From: a virus
Strand: one strand, 5' to 3'
Virus genome (UHGV): UHGV-1364457
Length of the DNA stretch: 60,235 bases
Positions 7,566 to 15,740 of this stretch are shown here, one piece after another (position 1 is the stretch's first letter; each line of letters opens with the position of its first letter). The notes under the pieces were generated by a model. The model worked only from the letters and a program-made list of their open reading frames with translations, did no database searches and had not been told where the DNA came from. The position numbers were made by a program, and so were the translations under genes.

Positions 7566-8342
7566 ATGTCCGAAATGCAAATTTTCGAGAAGGCTGAGTT
7601 TGGGAAGGTTCGGGTTGTCGAGCGCGATGGCCAGCCGTGGTTTGTGGCTAAGGACGTGTGCGAGTGTCTGGAACTTACTGATGTGAGCAAAACCATTTCC
7701 CTTTTGGATGACGACGAAAAGGGTACGAACAGTATTCGTACCCCCGGAGGAGAACAGCAGATGCTCGTCGTATCCGAACCCGGCCTGTATTCCCTCATCC
7801 TCCGTTCCCGCAAGCCGGAAGCCAAGGCGTTCAAACGGTGGGTGACGCATGATGTCATTCCCTCCATCCGTAAGCGCGGCCTGTACGCCACTCCTCAAAC
7901 CATCGAAGCTATGCTTGCTGACCCCGATACGGCTATCAAGCTGCTTACGTCACTGAAAGAGGAGCGTGCCAAAAGTGCCGCCCTCGCCGCCAAGGTCGAA
8001 CAAGACGCGCCGAAAGTCCTTTTTGCCGATTCCGTTGCGGCTTCCCGTTCGTCCATCCTGATTGGAGACTTGGCAAAGCTTCTGGTACAAAATGGCGTGA
8101 AGATCGGACAGAACCGCCTTTTTGTCTATCTCCGCGAGAAAGGCTTCCTCATTCAGTCCGGAAGCCGGAAGAATACGCCAACGCAGAGAAGTATGGAGAT
8201 GGGGCTGTTTGAGGTTAAGGAATACCTCGTTCATAACCCTGACGGCTCCACGCGAACGCGATTTACCACAAAGGTCACAGGCAAGGGGCAACTCTACTTC
8301 GTCAAAAAATTTCTCTCTGCCAACACGCCCGTAGCCGCCTAA
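7566..8342 (+). CDS. Phage antirepressor, Bro-N domain plus KilA-C (ANT) domain
   Basis: N-terminus FEKAEFGKVRVVERDGQPWFVAKDVCECLEL is Bro-N like. The C-terminal half is KilA-C like. ATG 7566 chosen inside the longer ORF. Confidence 0.7.
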   Translation: MSEMQIFEKAEFGKVRVVERDGQPWFVAKDVCECLELTDVSKTISLLDDDEKGTNSIRTPGGEQQMLVVSEPGLYSLILRSRKPEAKAFKRWVTHDVIPSIRKRGLYATPQTIEAMLADPDTAIKLLTSLKEERAKSAALAAKVEQDAPKVLFADSVAASRSSILIGDLAKLLVQNGVKIGQNRLFVYLREKGFLIQSGSRKNTPTQRSMEMGLFEVKEYLVHNPDGSTRTRFTTKVTGKGQLYFVKKFLSANTPVAA

Positions 8343-8401
8343 ATTTCCCCCTTCCCTATGCGAAAGCCCCAACCGTCTTGTCCTCCCACGGTTGGGGCTT
8401 T

Positions 8402-9031
8402 TTATTTATCTTCATTTACAGGTAGTTGTATGTTGGCATCAAGCCATGCATTTATGGCTTCCTGTATTACCCGTGAGCGCAGGACACCCTTATCTGCACA
8501 AGCTTTATCCAGACGCTCCCAAACTATATCCGGCATGGACACGGTTCTCGTCGTCGCCCGGCTTTCAGTCTTTTTTTTACGCCCATGTTTTTCTTTGAAT
8601 TTCCCGGAGATACCTTTTCGTGCACAAGCTTTATAGACGGCAGGGCGAGAGCATCCTAGCTTTTTTGCCACCTGAGCGACGGAAATTTTATCCATCTCAT
8701 CTATACTATCCCAATCTATGCTCTTAACCTGAGCATACGCAGGAATTCCCCTCACCTTCCGAGCGTGGATCACAGCAGCACGAGTGCATCCGAGTCTTCG
8801 TGCAAGGTCTTCGTCTGTACATTTTCCTAAATCTGAAATCAAATCCCATTTTATTTTATAGCTTTTTTTAGATGCTTTGGAAGTAAATGGGGCGATTCCA
8901 AGGCGTTTTCTGGCATAGTACACAGAAATTTCTCGGCAGCCTAGTTTTTCGGCTATTAAGCGGTCAGGAATCATGCCCAAGTCTTTTACAGCGTTCCAGT
9001 CAATCTTTTTTCTTTGCGGCTTTAAAGGCAT
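8402..9031 (-). CDS. DNA-binding protein with three or four tandem ~42-aa HTH-like repeats and a C-terminal RHH-like segment
   Basis: Repeats I(D/K)W..I.(D/E)LG...D.LA..LGC.R.AV..AR..GI occur three times clearly, with a fourth diverged copy. C-terminus TVSMPDIVWERLD...RSRVIQEAINAWL is RHH-like. Confidence 0.5.
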   Translation of the reverse strand: MPLKPQRKKIDWNAVKDLGMIPDRLIAEKLGCREISVYYARKRLGIAPFTSKASKKSYKIKWDLISDLGKCTDEDLARRLGCTRAAVIHARKVRGIPAYAQVKSIDWDSIDEMDKISVAQVAKKLGCSRPAVYKACARKGISGKFKEKHGRKKKTESRATTRTVSMPDIVWERLDKACADKGVLRSRVIQEAINAWLDANIQLPVNEDK

Positions 9032-9058
9032 ATGCTTATCCCAAGAAATTTTACTTTA

Positions 9059-10024
9059 TCATTTTTCTTTTATTCCTACCGGAATGGGCGGCATCCAGCG
9101 AAGATCAAAACGCCTTGGTTTTGATTCAATCCCCGGTTTGGCCTTGATTGTTCCGCTCCAGAATCCATGCCAGTGGGCACGCCGGATATGTGGGCTTGGG
9201 GAACCATGCGGGCCTTCTTTGGGTGCATATTCTCTTGACTCGCGCATTACCCTCCCAAACTCTTCTCCGATATGCCAGATTCGCATCTTATCCGGTGGAA
9301 AGAGTCTTATCCCCTTTTTGGTCTTTTGAGGATGAGGAGAAGATGGAGCTTGTCCGTTGTTACCCGATGTAGGCCATTGAATTCCGTCTGAACAGAGGTA
9401 CAGCGTCAGGTTGAGGGCGTGCGTGATCCATTTTTGCATTTCAGCATCAAAGGGGAGCAGTTGGATCTCAGGATCGTTTTTTTTAGCTTCCGCCATCATC
9501 CGCGCTATGCTTTCTTCAAGTGAGAAATTTCCGAGATGCAAGGGTACGGCTCTTTGTTCCCCAGAAGCCCAGTGAAAGAGAAAACGCAGCTCGTTGCGCC
9601 CATTATTCGCGTCTTCCTCAAGATGTACAAAAACGCCGGGGGCATTATCCCCTTGCAGTTCCAAGTAGGCGCACCAAACGGGAAGGCGCAGGGCTACATC
9701 GCAAGGAATGGCTCCTGAGAGTTCAGTGCCCGCTATGGCCTCGTATACGGTCGGATCGAAAGTGAAGACATCTTGAGAAGGCCGCCAAGCGCCAAGCGCC
9801 GCAAGAGCCTGCATGAGAGGTATAAGCGGCATGTCATCAGGGGAAAGCGGTTCTTTATCTAAAAGCTCACACGTGATCGCATACCATCCTGCAAAGGGCA
9901 AGAAACACCATGCGGGCCAATCGGGTAAATCCTTACCGCGATCAGCCCGAAATTCATCGGCGAGCTTCCACGCGGTGGAATACTTTTTATTGCATTCCAC
10001 CAGCAAAGATTGTGGGTTAAGCAT
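9059..10024 (-). CDS. Hypothetical 321-aa protein, Trp/His/Arg-rich C-terminus
   Basis: Co-directional operon with small upstream genes. RRAHWHGFWSG...RRFDLRWMPPIPV motif. No family recognised confidently. Confidence 0.5.
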   Translation of the reverse strand: MLNPQSLLVECNKKYSTAWKLADEFRADRGKDLPDWPAWCFLPFAGWYAITCELLDKEPLSPDDMPLIPLMQALAALGAWRPSQDVFTFDPTVYEAIAGTELSGAIPCDVALRLPVWCAYLELQGDNAPGVFVHLEEDANNGRNELRFLFHWASGEQRAVPLHLGNFSLEESIARMMAEAKKNDPEIQLLPFDAEMQKWITHALNLTLYLCSDGIQWPTSGNNGQAPSSPHPQKTKKGIRLFPPDKMRIWHIGEEFGRVMRESREYAPKEGPHGSPSPHIRRAHWHGFWSGTIKAKPGIESKPRRFDLRWMPPIPVGIKEK

Positions 10025-10033
10025 GGTTTTATC

Positions 10034-10237
10034 CTATTCATCACCCCAAGGTCGACCAGTTGCAGACCAAATCTTTCCGGGGTTGTAGTAACGGCGAGTG
10101 CCGCCTTCACTAGGCTTTTCTCGCATATTTCGGATTATCCCTCCCCGTCTCTTCGCAAGAAGCATTGCTTCCTTGAGGGTTTCAACGCGAGTACCGCCAT
10201 CTTCATCTTCCATCGTGTAAACATAATAGCGTTCCAT
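10034..10237 (-). CDS. Hypothetical small protein
   Basis: 67 aa. Abuts neighbours on both sides. Confidence 0.4.
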   Translation of the reverse strand: MERYYVYTMEDEDGGTRVETLKEAMLLAKRRGGIIRNMREKPSEGGTRRYYNPGKIWSATGRPWGDE

Positions 10238-10440
10238 TATTCAGCTTCCCTCCATTCCCCATAGTTAGAATCATATCCCGGCTCACCTGCGGTATTGCGC
10301 ACCACCTCTATGAGTTCTCCATCTTCAAAACTTTCTCCGCCCCATTGTTCGGCGGTCATGTTTTCGAAGTCGGCTCGCCATTCGCTTTCAGGGGCAACGC
10401 TTCCAGTGTATGGGTTCATCAACATGCGTTCGGTAGTCAT
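10237..10440 (-). CDS. Hypothetical small acidic protein
   Basis: 67 aa. ATGA-type coupling to the downstream gene. Confidence 0.4.
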   Translation of the reverse strand: MTTERMLMNPYTGSVAPESEWRADFENMTAEQWGGESFEDGELIEVVRNTAGEPGYDSNYGEWREAE

Positions 10441-10543
10441 AATGGTTTCTCCTTTTGTTCCCTTTCGTTGAAAACACTATGCTCCTTTTCGTGGTTTTTG
10501 TCAATAAAAATCACCTTAAATTATTTCATATAAAAACAGTATA

Positions 10544-10714
10544 TTATATATTTTTTTCAAGAATGGTTTCAAAAAAAGCACTAAGTGTCTGTCTTCTTGT
10601 CTCGGCTTCTAGCTTCACACGCTCTGCTAAAGCTTGAGGTAGATAGATCGTAACTCTTTGGGTTTTATCAGCTCTAGGCGGGCGTCCTACCGTCTTTTTT
10701 TTCTCAGTGGGCAT
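10544..10714 (-). CDS. Ribbon-helix-helix (CopG/Arc/MetJ-like) regulator, 56 aa; absent from the ORF track (<60 aa)
   Basis: Hand translation: MPTEKKKTVGRPPRADKTQRVTIYLPQALAERVKLEAETRRQTLSAFFETILEKNY*. AGGAGAT RBS is 7 nt upstream. Classic RHH beta-strand TIYLP followed by two helices. Confidence 0.5.
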   Translation of the reverse strand: MPTEKKKTVGRPPRADKTQRVTIYLPQALAERVKLEAETRRQTLSAFFETILEKNI

Positions 10715-10767
10715 TTCTATCTCCTTTTTGTCAATTTTTATTACCAGAAATCAATTTTGTAGGCAAT

Positions 10768-10795
10768 AAAAGGCGGCCCCGAAAAGCCGCCTTAC
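10768..10795. terminator. Hairpin terminator candidate (could act in either direction)
   Basis: AAAAGGCGGCC-ccgaaaa-GCCGCCTT in an AT-rich intergenic region. Confidence 0.45.
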
Positions 10796-10960
10796 CGTGA
10801 GCTAGCGATCATAGAAAAAACTGAGAATATCCTTAGATTTCAAGGTGTTAAGCCTATCCAGAGGCGTTCAATCCGTATCGGCCGCGAAATTCCAATAAGA
10901 ATGGATTATTTCATTATATTTAAATATATTATTCTTGAATTGACGAAATGAAATGCAAAA

Positions 10961-10990
10961 AAGAAGGCGGTCGTGATGACCGCCTTTATT
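10961..10990. terminator. Hairpin terminator candidate
   Basis: AAAAAAGAAGGCGGTC-gtga-TGACCGCCTTT, A/T-flanked on both sides. Confidence 0.45.
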
Positions 10991-10992
10991 GG

Positions 10993-11202
10993 TTAAGCCT
11001 CTTGTGCGCCTACTTTTTGTCTAAACTCTTCAAGTTGGATTTCGGACTTGCGCCTATCTTTTCGATACCACAGGAACATCATCACAGCGGCATACGTACT
11101 TAGCATAGGAGCAATCCAACCCATATCACGAGTCCAGCCCGCCGCAAATCCCATGCATAGAAGCATGGCACCGTGAAGGTATCTCTTTATCCTTGGATTC
11201 AT
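10993..11202 (-). CDS. Small two-TM membrane protein (holin-like?)
   Basis: Hydrophobic segments LLCMGFAAGW and IAPMLSTYAAVMMFLWY. Adjacent to an XhlA-like gene. Confidence 0.4.
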   Translation of the reverse strand: MNPRIKRYLHGAMLLCMGFAAGWTRDMGWIAPMLSTYAAVMMFLWYRKDRRKSEIQLEEFRQKVGAQEA

Positions 11203-11211
11203 AGAAACTCC

Positions 11212-11469
11212 TTAAAAGCCAAGCCAGCCGAAGCCCTTGGCCATAATAGCGGCGAGAGCTACCCACCCGCCGATCTGCCACTTGAGCAGGCGGAGTTCCA
11301 TTTCCTTCATTTCTTTCTGAATGCGCAATTCAGTTTCGTGCAGATCGCCTTTGGTAGCAACCGCGTTCTTCTGGTTTTCGTCATATTTTTCCAGCGTTTC
11401 TATGATAGCGCGGGCTGCTTCTTCACCTATGGCCTTTTCAAGCCTTTTTCCATCGTCAAACAGCAACAT
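11212..11469 (-). CDS. Coiled-coil protein with C-terminal TM segment (XhlA-like haemolysin family candidate)
   Basis: 85 aa. Central coiled coil, C-terminal GGWVALAAIMAKGFGWLGF. Confidence 0.35.
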   Translation of the reverse strand: MLLFDDGKRLEKAIGEEAARAIIETLEKYDENQKNAVATKGDLHETELRIQKEMKEMELRLLKWQIGGWVALAAIMAKGFGWLGF

Positions 11470-11770
11470 GGGAAGAATCCTCCGTCTGCATGGAGTTTAT
11501 CTGAAATGGGGCGGATTGCAATCTGTCCCCCTTCCACCGGAGTGCGGACTTTCCCTGTCCCACGTCGAGCAAGGCCAGCGCGTAGGGCGTGAGGAGGTAG
11601 TAGCGCAGGGAGTTTCCCTTGGCATCGGTACGCCGGGCGGCTTCAAATTCCGGGGCTTTCGTGTCGGGAAGGAGCACGCGAAGGCGGTCGATGTCCCTGA
11701 GCACCTGCCCATGCTTGCGGTTTGCGACTCGGGCCACTTCGAGAGAGGTCGTGACGTAGGTGCGTTCCAT
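11456..11770 (-). CDS. Phage regulatory protein Rha family
   Basis: TSLEVARVANRKHGQVLRDIDRL resembles the Rha N-terminal signature. Confidence 0.6.
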   Translation of the reverse strand: MERTYVTTSLEVARVANRKHGQVLRDIDRLRVLLPDTKAPEFEAARRTDAKGNSLRYYLLTPYALALLDVGQGKSALRWKGDRLQSAPFQINSMQTEDSSHVAV

Positions 11771-11772
11771 GC

Positions 11773-12723
11773 CTAAGCCCTCCCATTCCCGTTCAACTGC
11801 CTGACGATACCAAGCAACGAGTATCCGGGATTGCTGTACTGCTCAAGCTGTCGTCCCGGCGCGGTGAGTGCCTTCCTGACGTCATGGTACACGCTTTGGT
11901 GCAGGTAGCCGCGCAAGGTGTTCTCAGACAGCATATCCGGGACAAGGTACAGCCGGATGTCCGCCCGGCGTTCGAGGGCTTCGGATACCTTCCAACTTAA
12001 GGTGAACACGCTGTGATGGAGGTTCGACAGAATGCGGTCTACTTCCTCATGCGCCGCCTGCACCTCTTCGATGAACTCCAAGAAAGGCTTTTCGTCTATC
12101 ACCGGATGCGCTGCACACGGGGCGGGGAGGGCGGCTTGAGGCAATGCCTCTATCTTCCCCGCATTGACCTGCATGGAGAGCAGGAAATCCCGCGCATCAT
12201 CCATGCGAGAGCAGGGGAGTTGCTTATACTCGGCAATATGGAAGTGGCGATTAAAGCGTGTCCAAATTTCCTTGTACGCCCGACGCTGTACGGCCTTGGG
12301 CACCATCCCGGCCTTGGAGTCCACAATCAGCTTGAGTTCGGCGCGCTGTTCCGGGGAGATCGGGGCGTCATTGAGCGTTACGGGGTGGGCAATGGGCACC
12401 CTGTCGCCGTACTGTTCGATGACATCCAGTACCCAACGGCGGAACGCCTTAGCGACGGGGGTCCGGGCGAACATGGCAAGAAGGTGGCAGCCGCGAAGGG
12501 AGAAGATACGAACCCGGACCGTCAAATTGACGGTGTCGAGGTTTTCAACAACTTGCGTCATGTTTTCGGTGAATTCGTCTGCGTTTCTGTCATACAGGCG
12601 GCTCAGAGTATCTTCTCTGGCATACCCTAAAGCGCGGGCGATTTCAGATGACTTGAACCACGGCTGGTTGTCTCGCGTGACAGGGGAGAAAGTGAAATCA
12701 TTGAAGCAGAGAGAAGCGGTCAT
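11773..12723 (-). CDS. Bro-N domain protein (antirepressor-like)
   Basis: FNDFTFSPVTRDNQPWFKSSEIARALGY is Bro-N like. 316 aa. Confidence 0.6.
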   Translation of the reverse strand: MTASLCFNDFTFSPVTRDNQPWFKSSEIARALGYAREDTLSRLYDRNADEFTENMTQVVENLDTVNLTVRVRIFSLRGCHLLAMFARTPVAKAFRRWVLDVIEQYGDRVPIAHPVTLNDAPISPEQRAELKLIVDSKAGMVPKAVQRRAYKEIWTRFNRHFHIAEYKQLPCSRMDDARDFLLSMQVNAGKIEALPQAALPAPCAAHPVIDEKPFLEFIEEVQAAHEEVDRILSNLHHSVFTLSWKVSEALERRADIRLYLVPDMLSENTLRGYLHQSVYHDVRKALTAPGRQLEQYSNPGYSLLGIVRQLNGNGRA

Positions 12724-13068
12724 AGTGACCTCCTGTTAGGTTGTTCAATTCCCTTTCCCTAAATAGAAAAAGAGCCGGGAGCTTGAACACCGCCTAACAG
12801 TGCGGCCCATACACCTTTCCCTTGCGGGTCTTGTATAATGGATGGACTCCCGGCCCAAATACAGGCTGGATAATAGACCACTCCCAAGGTGAAAAACACT
12901 CTTGACAGGGCGTAAAAAATCCGCATCTGCGGGCGCGGTATCCGCTGTTAGAACGGCTGTTCAAGGCCGTGGGTAGACAACGCCACAGAAACGGGGGAAT
13001 GTCAAGGCAACGGTGATAGGCCCCAAAAGAGGTTGAAAAATACGCTAGCATCAGATATAAAAAGTTTA

Positions 13069-13096
13069 TTGAATTTGGCTTATAACTGGTTATAAG
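13069..13096 (+). promoter_or_regulatory. Sigma70-like promoter (TTGAAT-16-TATAAG) with embedded perfect palindrome CTTATAAC-TGG-GTTATAAG
   Basis: -35 at 13069-13074, -10 at 13091-13096. 8-bp inverted repeat at 13079-13096. AAGAGG RBS, then ATG 13116. Confidence 0.4.
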
Positions 13097-13115
13097 TGGT
13101 TAAAGAGGATAGCAC

Positions 13116-14306
13116 ATGGAAGAATTGCAGAATCCCTATGTCCCCGGAGCAGGAATACAACCTCCTGAATTGACTGGACGAGATGTGTTTTTGGAACATG
13201 CCCAAATGACTATTAAACGAGCAGAACGCAATTTTTTTAGTAAATCTTTTATTGCAGTTGGGTTACGAGGAGTTGGCAAGACAGTTGTCTTAAATCGTAT
13301 CAAGAGAATTGCAGAGGATCATAGTTGTGAGGTCGCGTTAATTGAAGTACATGAAGATAGAAAACTTTCATCTTTACTTGTACCTGTCATAAGAAAAATT
13401 CTTCTATCTTTAGATAGAAGGGGATCCGTGTCAGCCAGCGTAAAATATGCATTAAGAACATTAAAGAGCTTTATAAGTGTAATTAAGGTGTCTTATGAAG
13501 GAATTGAATTAAGTATTGATCCTGAAGTGGGAGTTGCAGATACAGGAGATTTGGAAATAGATTTGCCTGATTTATTTGTTGCAATCGGCAAAGCTGCCAT
13601 GTCAAAAAAAGTAACTATTGTCTTTATATTAGATGAAATACAGTATTTATCTGAAAAAGAGATGAGTGCATTGGTTATGTCTATGCACAAAACTTCTCAA
13701 GAAAACTTACCTGTCATATTAATGGGCGCTGGACTTCCGTTGCTTGTTGGTAAAATTGGTGAATCAAAAAGCTATGCAGAAAGATTGTTTAATTTTCCAG
13801 AAATAGGCGCTTTGAGCTATGAAGACGCATGTAAAGCTATTAATAGCCCTGCAAAGCGTGAAGGAGTAGAATTTGATGACAGAGCATTAAGAAAAATATT
13901 TAAAATCACTCAAGGCTATCCATATTTCATTCAAGAATGGGCATATGTATGCTGGAATATAGCAAATGGACCTGTCATTACTTGTGAAGATGTAGAAAAG
14001 GCTACTTCCAAAGTCATAACACGCCTTGACCAAAGTTTTTTTAGGGTTAGATTTGATAGATTAACCCCAAGAGAAAAACAATACTTGAGAGCCATGGCAG
14101 AATTGGGACATGGACCACATAGATCTGGAGATATAGCAGAAAAACTTCGGGTTCCAAGCAATAAGCTTGGCCCATGCAGATCGACTCTTATTTCGAAGGG
14201 GATGGTATACAGTCCATCATATGGAGATACTGCTTTCACTGTCCCTCTTTTTGATGAATACATGAAGAGAACGATGCCTTTTGCTACATGGAATGAACCA
14301 GAATAG
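13116..14306 (+). CDS. P-loop NTPase (Orc1/Cdc6- or archaeal-ATPase-like AAA) with probable C-terminal winged helix; low-GC accessory gene
   Basis: Walker A GLRGVGKT. Walker B VTIVFILDEIQ. N-terminal NPYVPGAGIQPPELTGRD. Markedly AT-rich relative to flanks. Confidence 0.7.
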   Translation: MEELQNPYVPGAGIQPPELTGRDVFLEHAQMTIKRAERNFFSKSFIAVGLRGVGKTVVLNRIKRIAEDHSCEVALIEVHEDRKLSSLLVPVIRKILLSLDRRGSVSASVKYALRTLKSFISVIKVSYEGIELSIDPEVGVADTGDLEIDLPDLFVAIGKAAMSKKVTIVFILDEIQYLSEKEMSALVMSMHKTSQENLPVILMGAGLPLLVGKIGESKSYAERLFNFPEIGALSYEDACKAINSPAKREGVEFDDRALRKIFKITQGYPYFIQEWAYVCWNIANGPVITCEDVEKATSKVITRLDQSFFRVRFDRLTPREKQYLRAMAELGHGPHRSGDIAEKLRVPSNKLGPCRSTLISKGMVYSPSYGDTAFTVPLFDEYMKRTMPFATWNEPE

Positions 14307-14338
14307 TCTAAAATATAAATGCATTAAACAAATAGACG

Positions 14339-14362
14339 AAAGGCGGCCCATAAGCCGCCTTT
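14339..14362. terminator. Hairpin terminator between convergent genes
   Basis: AAAGGCGGCC-cataa-GCCGCCTTTATTTTGTT. Confidence 0.5.
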
Positions 14363-14368
14363 ATTTTG

Positions 14369-14905
14369 TTATTCAGTAACGCTAGCCTTTGCTTTCTTTA
14401 TACCAAGTAATTGCTCTTTGAGGACTTTTACAATCTCCTGCGCCACGTCATCAAAAACAGTCTTCCATGCCCCGATGGTGTATCCCCCGCCAGCGGCGAT
14501 ACTGCGATTCACAGGGATTTTAGCCACAAGTACGCCTTCCGGGGTGTAGATTTCGCTTTCGGTAACGAGCTTAGTAGCTCCTGCACCGGGAAGCATCCAG
14601 CGGGCAAAAGCGTTGCCGGGGGAGTATTGCAGAATGGTTGTTTTGATAACGTAATCATTCCCTGCCAAATCCTCTGTGGCGAGTGCAGCGGTGAGAGAAG
14701 ATTTCATTGCGTCAGTAAGTACGATTTTGTCGTCCTTCTCTCCAAACACAAATCCAGATTTATCCGTGACTTCTCCTGATTCAAACTTAGCAGTTTGTGC
14801 AACTTTCATGGTCGGGCTGAGTCCTTCAAGGCTTGACTTGGTGGAACACCCGACCATCCCGAAACACATCCCCGCCACAACCAGCGTCAATAAAAGTTTT
14901 TTCAT
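14369..14905 (-). CDS. Lipoprotein (signal peptide with lipobox MVGC)
   Basis: MKKLLLTLVVAGMCFGMVGCSTK. 178 aa. Adjacent to the tape measure gene. Confidence 0.6.
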   Translation of the reverse strand: MKKLLLTLVVAGMCFGMVGCSTKSSLEGLSPTMKVAQTAKFESGEVTDKSGFVFGEKDDKIVLTDAMKSSLTAALATEDLAGNDYVIKTTILQYSPGNAFARWMLPGAGATKLVTESEIYTPEGVLVAKIPVNRSIAAGGGYTIGAWKTVFDDVAQEIVKVLKEQLLGIKKAKASVTE

Positions 14906-15023
14906 AACTCCTCCTGCCGATTCCGAACCATACCGGAGTTAGAAAGTCAACAGGTTGTTCATCGTGCGCTCAATAGCGGTTGACATGCGCCGGAAAATGT
15001 GGAGGGTGTGGGGGAAAAGGGGG

Positions 15024-15602
15024 ATGAATATGGAAGTATTATCTTTATTGCCCGGATTATTAGTATTATGTACTATTGGGAGTCTCTTTTTCCCTAAAAC
15101 TATGGCCTTTTGGTCTAAAAAAGAATCGCCAAGCAGATTAGGAACGTCAATAATTTACTTGTTTATTTTTTTTATTGCCTCAACTTATGTTTATAGAGAT
15201 AATAGTATATATCAAGATGATATAGTAAAAGAAGATATTAAAAATGATGCAATAGAAAATAATTCATATATTTATGAGATTCAACAATTAAAATCAAATA
15301 AATTAAACAAATTTGGTAAATATACTATAGAAGTATTTAAAAATGATCCAAAAAGAATGCTTATAAATATAAGATATGATAGAAAAATTTCCATAAAAGA
15401 TGCTATGGAATCTTCAGAAGAGTTTGCCCGCATTACTGCACGTCTTATTGCAAAAAAAGATGGAGAAATTAATAAATATATTAGTGTATTTCCGGGCTAT
15501 ATGACACAAGGTGAAACAGGAAAAAGCATCTTTATAACGTATAAAGGATATGCAGAGTATTCCCCTTATTCTGATTCTATTTCATGGATTAACGAACAAT
15601 AA
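15024..15602 (+). CDS. Low-GC membrane protein (two N-terminal TM segments)
   Basis: About 30% GC. GGGGGA RBS. Hydrophobic N-terminus, soluble K/D/E/I/N-rich C-terminal domain. Confidence 0.45.
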   Translation: MNMEVLSLLPGLLVLCTIGSLFFPKTMAFWSKKESPSRLGTSIIYLFIFFIASTYVYRDNSIYQDDIVKEDIKNDAIENNSYIYEIQQLKSNKLNKFGKYTIEVFKNDPKRMLINIRYDRKISIKDAMESSEEFARITARLIAKKDGEINKYISVFPGYMTQGETGKSIFITYKGYAEYSPYSDSISWINEQ

Positions 15603-15740
15603 CGGTATCTCTTATTGCCTCCAAAGCTCCCCATGCCTTGCAGGGGAGCTTTTTTTATGCCCTTCTCACATTTCGTACCAACGTTATGTCGCTTTTTCTC
15701 CTCCGATTGTGTTTGGTTTTACCAAATCAGTGAGGGTATT

